64,000 nucleotides of DNA from an uncultured Candidatus Saccharibacteria bacterium (lineage in GTDB: Bacteria > Patescibacteriota > Minisyncoccia > Phycocordibacterales > PALSA-1337), in the NCBI GenBank assembly GCA_964495685.1, contig CAZBVQ010000001.1, positions 39,477 to 103,476 of the forward strand. Direction: 5' to 3'. Shown here in pieces: positions 56,317 to 64,000 of this stretch. The position numbers and the translations under genes were made by a program. The number at the start of each line of letters is the position of its first letter. The stretch's first letter is position 1. The notes under the pieces are model-generated. The model did no database searches and had not been told where the DNA came from. It saw only the letters and a program-made list of their open reading frames with translations.

Positions 56317-57423
56317 ATGAATAAGAAAACAATATGGCTCATAGGAAGCGCAATTGTCATTATCGTCGCGATCGTGCTAGTACGCGGTTTTAGCGGAAAT
56401 GATTCAAGTTCCATTAAATTGGGACTCATGCTGCCTTTAACTGGCGACTACGCTGCAGCTGGCCAAAATATGCAAAAAGGCATGACTGTAGCTCTTGAAC
56501 AGTATGAAAAGGATCATCCGAATGTGCATGTCACCACAGTCGTCGAGGATGATGCATATGATGCTACAAAGGGTGTAACTGCTTATAAAAAGTTAGTCGA
56601 TCTGGACAAAGTCGATGCAATTCTTATGTTATCGACACCGGTCATTGATGCAATCCATGAAGACGTCGTGAAAAGGGGCATTCCGGTCATTCAGCTCGGC
56701 GTTCAAACAGTCGGTGTTGGGGATGATAATATCATCCAGTTCAGTCCGGCGGCTGACGCGCCAATTGGATTTCTAGCGAAGTATTTGGCGAACTCATCAG
56801 GATTTTATTCCAAGAAAGTGGCAGTGATCTACGATAATTCCGCAGCGCAATTGAGCTTCTACAAGATCTTCGAGCAGAATTATACACACGAATTCACGCC
56901 TCTAATTGTGAACGGAAAGGATGTGTTTCGAAGTTATGCCACCAAGATTGCTAACGAAGGCTACGGTGCCGTCGTGGTTATCGAATCGCCACAGAACGGT
57001 GCGCTGTTCACAAAAGAATTACTAACGGTGGACAAGACCTTGCCGACGATTGCCTACGATGCACAGCTTCAAACTGGATTTGCAGACTATGGCCGCATAC
57101 TTGGTGATACTAACAAGATAAACGGAGCAATATCTATGTGGTTCAAGTCAGGAAAGATGGACGAGCTCACCAAATTGTATCAAGCCAAATACGGAGAAAC
57201 TCCCGGCTTTTTGGTAGACTTCTCGTACGACATGATTAATACAGCATTGGCTACCTATGACAAAGACCAGGCAAAGTGGGTAAGTAACCTCAAGAAGTAT
57301 CAAGATCCAAATGGCGCTTCCGGATCAATATCATTTGATAGCAATGGCGTGCGATTACAGCCCATGGTGATCACGCAAGTGCAGAGTGGAAAGCTTGTAC
57401 CAGTAGATGATGTGAAACTGTAA
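56317..57423 (+). CDS. LivK/LivJ-type substrate-binding protein #5
   Basis: IKLG..LPLTGDYA, VEDD.YD, AYKKLV.LDKVD and GASG.I.FD.NG. Confidence 0.9.
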   Translation: MNKKTIWLIGSAIVIIVAIVLVRGFSGNDSSSIKLGLMLPLTGDYAAAGQNMQKGMTVALEQYEKDHPNVHVTTVVEDDAYDATKGVTAYKKLVDLDKVDAILMLSTPVIDAIHEDVVKRGIPVIQLGVQTVGVGDDNIIQFSPAADAPIGFLAKYLANSSGFYSKKVAVIYDNSAAQLSFYKIFEQNYTHEFTPLIVNGKDVFRSYATKIANEGYGAVVVIESPQNGALFTKELLTVDKTLPTIAYDAQLQTGFADYGRILGDTNKINGAISMWFKSGKMDELTKLYQAKYGETPGFLVDFSYDMINTALATYDKDQAKWVSNLKKYQDPNGASGSISFDSNGVRLQPMVITQVQSGKLVPVDDVKL

Positions 57424-57441
57424 TTCGGATTTGATTCTCAA

Positions 57442-57474
57442 GAAAATACCGTGCCTTGTGGGTACGGTATTTTC
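57442..57474 (+). terminator. Terminator after LivK #5
   Basis: GAAAATACCGTGCC-TTGT-GGGTACGGTATTTTC. Confidence 0.7.
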
Positions 57475-57540
57475 ATTGTAAGATGAATATCATAATGGTG
57501 TAACACTGGGTTAAATTAACAATTTCTTAAATATAACTTC

Positions 57541-58614
57541 ATGAATTCATCTACAAAATGGTATTGGATAGTAGGAATATTAGTAGTAATTATTGCCATA
57601 CTCGCAATTGTTATCCCGAAAAATAAAACAACAAGCGAGTCTTCAAATTATGTTGTTGGAGCTATTTTGCCCATGACTGGTCCAGCCGCTCTATGGGGAG
57701 AGACTTTTAAAAATGGTATGGAATTAGCATTAAGAAATCATCCTGAATTGCAGGTTATTTTTCAGGATAGTAAATCGACGGCACAAGATGGCATCTCCGC
57801 ATTTAATGTCTTAAAAGATAGAGATGTTAATCTGATGGTATCTGAATTGTCTCTTGTCTCGGTCCCACTAGCCAAGGTAGCTCTGGATCAAAAGGTTCCA
57901 CTATTTGTTTCTCTTGTGGCTACGAATCATCAGAATATTGTGAATGATTTTACAACAAGATACTACACCGATCCGACCAATTATGCTCTACCTGCATTTA
58001 CAGATCCAATTTCTCCTCTAATAAGCGCAAAGAAAATAGCTTTGCTGTACAGGAATGATGAATTAGGAGTATCAGTCAAAGACAAGATCAATGAACTCAG
58101 TAAGAATAATGATAAACAAATCGTTGCTCAGGAATCGTTTATGCCTAATGAAAAGGACTACAGAACTGTTTTGACGAAAATAAAGAATTCAGATTTACAG
58201 GTGTTCATCTTTGTGGTTGCGAATCCGATTGAAGCTACTGGTATTGTCAAAACAGCGAGCGAATTGGGTTTGAAAATACCCATGATAGAATCGTCTGCAG
58301 TTTTTGCTGACCTCGATACCCGCAAGCAGGTTCAAGGAATACCGTTTTATTCTTCCTCATACGACTTTTCCTTGCCTGATAAGGCGATTGAGTTCAAAAA
58401 GCAATATTCTGAGAAATTTGGTAAGGAGCCAAACTTTAGTTCAGCCTTTGGTTACGATATCGTGAATCTTATTGGAGCATGTGTAAAAAAGAACGTAGAC
58501 ATAAAAGCATGTTTATCAACAGTTAACGAATTTGATGGTGTAGCGGGAGTTGCTACACAAACTGCACCAAGTGATTTTGTCGTAAAACTGCATCTGGAAA
58601 AAGTAAATTTTTGA
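57541..58614 (+). CDS. LivK/LivJ-type substrate-binding protein #6
   Basis: VGAILPMTG.AA..G, QDSKS, DYRT.LTKIK, FGYD and FDGVAG. Confidence 0.88.
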   Translation: MNSSTKWYWIVGILVVIIAILAIVIPKNKTTSESSNYVVGAILPMTGPAALWGETFKNGMELALRNHPELQVIFQDSKSTAQDGISAFNVLKDRDVNLMVSELSLVSVPLAKVALDQKVPLFVSLVATNHQNIVNDFTTRYYTDPTNYALPAFTDPISPLISAKKIALLYRNDELGVSVKDKINELSKNNDKQIVAQESFMPNEKDYRTVLTKIKNSDLQVFIFVVANPIEATGIVKTASELGLKIPMIESSAVFADLDTRKQVQGIPFYSSSYDFSLPDKAIEFKKQYSEKFGKEPNFSSAFGYDIVNLIGACVKKNVDIKACLSTVNEFDGVAGVATQTAPSDFVVKLHLEKVNF

Positions 58615-58638
58615 ATTCAGTATAAACTCATTACAAAA

Positions 58639-58668
58639 GCAGCCGCCAGATTTATCTGACGGCTGTTT
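58639..58668. terminator. Hairpin between convergent genes
   Basis: GCAGCCGCCAGA-TTTA-TCTGACGGCTGT. Confidence 0.65.
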
Positions 58669-58681
58669 GCGTAAGATTGCC

Positions 58682-59449
58682 CTAGCTCGAAGTCGTATTG
58701 GGTACGACCCCGATTAGATGAAGTGCTGCCGCTAACTTTACTGATCGGTCGCTATCGCTGCGGCAGCCCATGAGACTAAAGAACTTTTCGGGGTCGATGC
58801 CTTTCTGTGCCAACCCCTTTTCGAGGGGGCGTGTTTTTCTTTCGAAATACGCTTGGTGCATCGCATTCTCTCCCGAGAAACTGATCAGCTTTTCGACGAT
58901 ACGAATGTCCTGATCATTGCCCAGCTGCTTATACAGCTTCTGAAGATGTGACTTCAGCGAAGGGAGTCGTGTCTGTACCATCTTGAGTACATAGTAATTT
59001 GTGATGGCTTCATTCAAGATCTCGCGATCTACGAATCTGCCAACGACATTACCGTTCTCGAGTCTGGCAGCCGCTGTTGCGATGCCAGTCTCGATAATCA
59101 AGATGCCGTTTTTGCCATCGTCAGGTTCCTTGATGACCTTCGTATGAGAGATGGCATGTGTGACTTCGTGAGCGAGTGTCCAGAGTGTTGCCATAAAAGA
59201 GTCACCTGGTTTATGGAACTGTTCCGCGATCAGGGAGATGACGCCTGCGAAACGGGGAGTGAGGAGGATGCAGCGATTCAATGGGTCGTAAGCTGCCTCG
59301 AGCTCGCCTTCCTGTTCTGAGGCAGTCAGTGCATACTCTACCGTCTTTGCACCAATGGAATGAATCCTATGGGCATAGTCGGAGAACGCTTCCTTCACAT
59401 GCAGAATTACTTCCCGCATGAAAGTGCTGATTTTTTCTTGGTCTGTCAT
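58682..59449 (-). CDS. Hypothetical protein with HExxH...E zinc-metallopeptidase motif
   Basis: TLAHEVTHAIS and downstream LNEAIT (gluzincin-like). Confidence 0.6.
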   Translation of the reverse strand: MTDQEKISTFMREVILHVKEAFSDYAHRIHSIGAKTVEYALTASEQEGELEAAYDPLNRCILLTPRFAGVISLIAEQFHKPGDSFMATLWTLAHEVTHAISHTKVIKEPDDGKNGILIIETGIATAAARLENGNVVGRFVDREILNEAITNYYVLKMVQTRLPSLKSHLQKLYKQLGNDQDIRIVEKLISFSGENAMHQAYFERKTRPLEKGLAQKGIDPEKFFSLMGCRSDSDRSVKLAAALHLIGVVPNTTSS

Positions 59450-59556
59450 AAGTCGGTATTTGGTTGATCGAATTTCAAAGTACTACCTATATTATATCAC
59501 AAATCCTTGACAAATACAAGGGTAGATGCTAAAATATGGCTAAAGCACATTGATTT

Positions 59557-60357
59557 ATGAACATTAACGTTTACGCTCACAAATCGGGGCCATTGAGCAG
59601 GGCCTTTTTACAGGTTGTCGGCCTTACCGACCACAAGCTGGTTGAAGTTGCCGATCAAAAGGCGGCTGACGTCATCTTGCTCACGGGGTCGGAAGATCTC
59701 CGCGCCCTCTACAACGACAAACAACTGTTCTGTGTTCTTCAGACGGAGCGGCGTCCGCTCACGGCGAAGCAACCCGAGAACGTTTGCCTGTTGGACACAC
59801 TGAAGCTCATGGAGGGTGACAGTGGTATCCCGAAGCTTCTTGAGATGATCGACAAGCGCATCGCAGATCAGGCCAAGAAGCCGGCGACTGAAGAGGCACT
59901 TCCGACATTTTCGGATCTTGTCAAATTCAAGAGCCACTACTCGGTTTTGGTCATCGACGATACGGAGAGAAATCTCCGAATCGCCGAGGCTGTCCTCAAG
60001 GGACACTCGGTTACGATCGCAAGTGGTCTGCAGGAGGCGATGAAAGCTGTGGGTCAGAAGCATTTCGACGTGGTCCTTACGGACATGGAGATGCGACCGG
60101 ACAAACAGTACTCAGCGCTGAACCTCGATCACTACGGTGTCACTGAAACCGTGCCACTCGGGTTCGCAGTCGTCCTCGAGATGACTGAACGTGGCATGCC
60201 GGTAGCCGTCGTTACAGATGGCAACCATCACGCCGGGTGGGTGTCGGCAATGTTCGATCACATCCAACGAGCCAATGTTAACGGGCAGAAAGTTCTGTTC
60301 TTTAATAACATCGGCAAGCGGTGGGATACGGCGCTCAAGAGCCTGATGGAGCCTTAG
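59557..60357 (+). CDS. Protein with C-terminal response-regulator receiver domain
   Basis: VLVIDD, FDVVLTDMEM, PVAVVT, and promoter TTGACA-17-TAAAAT at 59507-59535. Confidence 0.75.
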   Translation: MNINVYAHKSGPLSRAFLQVVGLTDHKLVEVADQKAADVILLTGSEDLRALYNDKQLFCVLQTERRPLTAKQPENVCLLDTLKLMEGDSGIPKLLEMIDKRIADQAKKPATEEALPTFSDLVKFKSHYSVLVIDDTERNLRIAEAVLKGHSVTIASGLQEAMKAVGQKHFDVVLTDMEMRPDKQYSALNLDHYGVTETVPLGFAVVLEMTERGMPVAVVTDGNHHAGWVSAMFDHIQRANVNGQKVLFFNNIGKRWDTALKSLMEP

Positions 60358-60379
60358 CTCCTCAATTTCTTGAGACACG

Positions 60380-60412
60380 CACGCAGTTTGCTTCGGCTAG
60401 CTGCGTGTTTTT
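60380..60412. terminator. Terminator with UUCG loop
   Basis: CACGCAGTTTGC-TTCG-GCTAGCTGCGTG followed by a T run. Confidence 0.7.
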
Positions 60413-60415
60413 GCT

Positions 60416-61537
60416 TTATATTTGTGAAGCCTTTCCGCTCTGAATGACGAACAATGAGTATCGGGCATTTGTTCGATCATTTTTCTGATCGAAGCTGATG
60501 TTGCCACTTACACCATCGTAGTTGGCTTGAGCGAGGTAGTTTTTTACTCCCGAAGCTGTTTGATTTGTCTTAAGAGCATTAGCTAACAACTGGATGGCAT
60601 CGTATTCGGCTGCACAGATGTTTATCTGAGGGCAATCTGTTCCATATTTCGATTTGTATTCAGCGAGTATCTTATTGAACTCTGGAGTTGCTTGGAATAC
60701 GTAGTCGCCTCCCACAGCACCTTCAAGTAAGGCCGAGTGCTTTGTGAGTAGCGCTGAAGCCTTGAGAATATTGTCATTTATGAACATATGCTTCGGTTTG
60801 AACCCGAGTTGTTCCATTTGGGTAAGAACTGTTTCACCACTCGGCACAGTTTGAACGCTTACAAAAACGACATCGGGATTTGTGGCTTGCAGTTTGGTGA
60901 GTTGAGTTCTGACATCTGTAGCTCCGGAAGCGAATGATTCGCTTGTGACGGTTATATCTGTATTAGCGAGATCTTTTGTGAGAGAGATTTGAAGTCCTTT
61001 TGCATAATCCGTTTCTTCATAGATCACTGCAATCTTTTTGTATCCTTGTGCAATTGCGCGATCAGCCAAAAGTTTCGCCTCTTGTCCGTCTGATGCCCAG
61101 TTTCTGAAGAAGTTGGGTGAAATTGCTGTGAGTTTGTCAGCGCTTGTCACTGTTCCGAGCAAGACTGCATCGTTCTGAGCTAAGTTAGGTGCCATAGCGG
61201 CGACTGTTCCGCTGCATGCAACAGTTGTAAGTACATGGATTCCATCAGTACTGACCAATTTTTGGAAAGCTGATGCGGCTGTCTTTGGATCACATTTATG
61301 ATCTTCAGATACCAGCTCGAGTTTCTTGCCGTTAATTCCGCCTGCAGCATTTATATCGTCGACGGCGATAATAGCAGTATTATGAGCAGGCTCGCCATAG
61401 GAAGCGAGGCCTCCAGTAAGAGGGTACATGCCACCGATCTTGATCGTGTCGCTCTGCTTCGAGAATTGAGCAGCTACTATTACAAGAACTATTACTACGA
61501 TTACTAAAATGGCCCCGAGGGTGTATTTATTTTTCAT
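60416..61537 (-). CDS. LivK/LivJ-type substrate-binding protein #7
   Basis: IKIG..YPLTG..A.YG, GGINGK.L....ED.KCDP, CS, FFR, DVRTQLTKL and GVSG.I.FD. Confidence 0.92.
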   Translation of the reverse strand: MKNKYTLGAILVIVVIVLVIVAAQFSKQSDTIKIGGMYPLTGGLASYGEPAHNTAIIAVDDINAAGGINGKKLELVSEDHKCDPKTAASAFQKLVSTDGIHVLTTVACSGTVAAMAPNLAQNDAVLLGTVTSADKLTAISPNFFRNWASDGQEAKLLADRAIAQGYKKIAVIYEETDYAKGLQISLTKDLANTDITVTSESFASGATDVRTQLTKLQATNPDVVFVSVQTVPSGETVLTQMEQLGFKPKHMFINDNILKASALLTKHSALLEGAVGGDYVFQATPEFNKILAEYKSKYGTDCPQINICAAEYDAIQLLANALKTNQTASGVKNYLAQANYDGVSGNISFDQKNDRTNARYSLFVIQSGKASQI

Positions 61538-61676
61538 GTTATTAATGAATTAATTCTATACCATATATTTTACGCTCATTCAATAGTTTGTCAAATGTGT
61601 TGACGAATGTTAAGAAAAGAACTATAATAGCTATATAAATTGGCATAATATTGTTGTCGAGAAATAGGACAAAATC

Positions 61677-62420
61677 ATGAAAACAGTCGAATTTGCAGAA
61701 ATATTGAAGGATTTCGGGCTCGATATTAACGAGTCGAAAGTCTATATTGCCATGCTTTCTCTTGGTCCGTCCAAGGTTTTACGTATTGCCAAAGAAGCAG
61801 AAATCAAAAGAACTAGTGTTTATGCCGTGATCGAAGGTCTTCGACAGAAAGGTCTTGTAGAAATTCAGGTGAAAGGACTGAAAAAACTATATGCAGCAGC
61901 TAGTCCCGAGCAACTTGAAAGCATGATAGAACTCAAAAGACAGAAGTTCCGTGATATTTTACCGGAACTAAAAGCATTGGATACATTTAAAGGAAAAGAG
62001 AGCTTTATTAAATATTATGAGGGGCTCAATGGTGTTAAATCTGTTTACGATAGAATTCTGGACGATTTGAAACCAGGCGATGATTACATGATTGTTTCCA
62101 ATATGGAGCAATTCCTTGATATGGATCGAGAATATTTTGCGGATTTCATAAAACGCCGTGCCGCATACAACTTGAAGGTGAGGACTCTCATTCTTGATTC
62201 ACCTAGTGCGCGTCACTATAAGGAGCATGAGAAGAGTACAAATCAATCGATTAAATTTTTACCAAGTGACACGAAATTGAGCGCCAATTTAGTGATAACA
62301 ACGCACCGTGTGGTCATTACTCAGACTGTTAAGCCGATCATGTCCATTGTGATAGAGAATAAAAATATAGTTGAGATCCAAAAGGAGCAATTTGATATAG
62401 TGTGGGACTCGATAAAGTAA
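61677..62420 (+). CDS. TrmB-family regulator #5
   Basis: FGL...ESKVY.A.L.LG, IKRTSVY.VI..L..KGLV, IKYYEG..G and IVIEN. Confidence 0.92.
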   Translation: MKTVEFAEILKDFGLDINESKVYIAMLSLGPSKVLRIAKEAEIKRTSVYAVIEGLRQKGLVEIQVKGLKKLYAAASPEQLESMIELKRQKFRDILPELKALDTFKGKESFIKYYEGLNGVKSVYDRILDDLKPGDDYMIVSNMEQFLDMDREYFADFIKRRAAYNLKVRTLILDSPSARHYKEHEKSTNQSIKFLPSDTKLSANLVITTHRVVITQTVKPIMSIVIENKNIVEIQKEQFDIVWDSIK

Positions 62421-62457
62421 GCTTTCTTAAACGGCGAAATTGAGGCATAATTTACTT

Positions 62458-63207
62458 ATGCTTCAGCTTTCGACTAAATCCATTGTTAAACACTTCGATG
62501 GTGTTTATGCTGTCAATAAGCTCTCGCTCAATTTTGAGTCTGGAAAAATAACTGGAATCATCGGTCCAAACGGATCAGGCAAATCCACGCTCGTAAATTT
62601 GCTCACCGGCCTCATTCCGTTCGACAAAGGTGAGGTTTTAGTAAGTGGCGAGACTTTAACCAAAGTTCATCCTCACCAAGTACCGTTTTATGGCGTTACG
62701 CGCACGTTTCAGGATGTGAGATTATTCGAGCAGATGCCCGTTATCGATAATATTCTTGTCGTTCTAACACAACGAAGCATTTGGTCATCTTTGTTTGAAA
62801 GACACAATAAGTTTCACATAGAAAAAGCGGAAGCAGTGCTCAAAAAAGTGGGTCTATGGGAAAAACGTAACGAACTTGCCAAGAACTTGTCTTACGGTCA
62901 ACGCAAACTATTAGAAATCGCTCGCGTCTGTGCCATGAGTCATAGTGGAACAGCTGATTTGGAAGTTATTTTATTCGATGAACCTTTCGCTGGTCTATTT
63001 CCAGAAATGATCAAGATAGTTTCATCCGTAATGCAGGAATTACGATCGCAAGGTAAGGCAGTTATCCTCATAGAACATAATATGGAGCTGATCCGAGGCC
63101 TTTCTGATTATCTCTATGTTCTGGATTCGGGGGAACTTTTGGCTGAAGGGAAGCCTGACGAGGTATTAGCTAGAAAAGATGTAATTGAAGCGTATTTGGG
63201 AGAATAA
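62458..63207 (+). CDS. livG: Branched-chain amino acid ABC ATPase LivG
   Basis: GPNGSGKST, RTFQ, LSYGQRKLLE, DEP, IEHNM and V.EAYLG. Confidence 0.93.
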   Translation: MLQLSTKSIVKHFDGVYAVNKLSLNFESGKITGIIGPNGSGKSTLVNLLTGLIPFDKGEVLVSGETLTKVHPHQVPFYGVTRTFQDVRLFEQMPVIDNILVVLTQRSIWSSLFERHNKFHIEKAEAVLKKVGLWEKRNELAKNLSYGQRKLLEIARVCAMSHSGTADLEVILFDEPFAGLFPEMIKIVSSVMQELRSQGKAVILIEHNMELIRGLSDYLYVLDSGELLAEGKPDEVLARKDVIEAYLGE

Positions 63208-63208
63208 T

Positions 63209-63928
63209 ATGAAGGAAATTTTATTAAAACTTGAGGACATTCATGTTCACTACGGAGGAGTGAAAGCTCTTGATGGTGCTTCTGTGGCCGTAGATGAAGG
63301 AGAGATTGTCGCTCTCATGGGTCCTAACGGTGCTGGTAAATCGACGATTCTCAAAACGATATTTGGCCTAGCGGCCTTCGAATCTGGCAAGGTCTATTGG
63401 GAAGGACAGGCGTTTACTCCTGTTTCCCACGAAGTAGTGAAGCGAGGTATTTCATTTGTGCCACAAGGACGCAGGGTTTTTAGGCATCTAACCGTCTTGG
63501 AAAATCTTGAGATTGGAGGATTCGGTCTGTCACGAAATGAACGAGAGGAAAGGATAAACAACGTACTCGAGCTATTTCCTGCGTTAAAAGGCAAATTAAA
63601 GGCAAAATCAGGCACGTTATCGGGTGGTCAGCAGCAGATGTTAGCTATTGCCAGAGGCCTCATGACTGATCCGAAGGTTCTACTTTTGGATGAACCGTCA
63701 CTAGGCTTGGCTCCTAAGATCGTTAAGGAAGTTTTTGCCAAGATTAAAGAAATAAATGAGCGACGCAGGACGGCAGTTATAGTTGTTGAGCATAATATAA
63801 AATCACTGGTTGAGATCTCGAATCGAGTGTACGTACTTGATAAGGGGAAGATAGTTGCGCATGGCGATCCTAAGACCTTGATTTCCTCTGAAATCATGGA
63901 AAAAGTATTTCTAGGTAAGCTCTCTTAG
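63209..63928 (+). CDS. livF: Branched-chain amino acid ABC ATPase LivF
   Basis: GPNGAGKST, VPQGRRVF..LTV.ENL, LSGGQQQMLA, LDEPSLGLAP and VEHN. Confidence 0.95.
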   Translation: MKEILLKLEDIHVHYGGVKALDGASVAVDEGEIVALMGPNGAGKSTILKTIFGLAAFESGKVYWEGQAFTPVSHEVVKRGISFVPQGRRVFRHLTVLENLEIGGFGLSRNEREERINNVLELFPALKGKLKAKSGTLSGGQQQMLAIARGLMTDPKVLLLDEPSLGLAPKIVKEVFAKIKEINERRRTAVIVVEHNIKSLVEISNRVYVLDKGKIVAHGDPKTLISSEIMEKVFLGKLS

Positions 63929-64000
63929 CTGTTGGTAACTCTACTTTGCAATATCTCCGATTCAAGCTAAGGTACCGACCAGAGCTCATTTTTGTGTTAA

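Noticed and set aside
1-64000. Alternative genetic code (UGA as Gly) seen in some CPR lineages
   Set aside because: Core genes are full length under code 11, and TGA terminates several genes such as pcrA and yraN

Overview
Origin-of-replication region of a small-genome bacterium, almost certainly Patescibacteria/CPR (Parcubacteria-like), standard code 11. This assignment is inferred from gene content and not from a search. Positions 1-43 kb are core genome: pilB/gspE (5'-truncated), ruvB, yebC, ruvC, PBP1A, dnaN-dnaA with oriC, rpmH-rnpA-yidC, the CPR-type VirB4/PrgI/VirB6/pilin cluster, rsmA, pcrA/uvrD, a LysM-M23 peptidase, comM, a dksA-like gene, pnp, an NYN protein, rpsO, a Xer recombinase, xth, a CCA-adding enzyme carrying parS sites, yraN and four tRNAs. 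From about 43.1 kb to the end lies an accessory-looking region that starts after tRNA-Gly and a large serine recombinase. It holds seven divergent LivK/LivJ-type substrate-binding proteins and five TrmB-type regulators, arranged as five head-to-head TrmB/LivK modules that share one livH-livM and one livG-livF set. One module is bounded by exact 35-bp direct repeats. The window also has many 90-170 nt palindromic elements, one of them inserted in frame inside uvrD, two candidate structured ncRNAs, and widespread leaderless-type gene starts.
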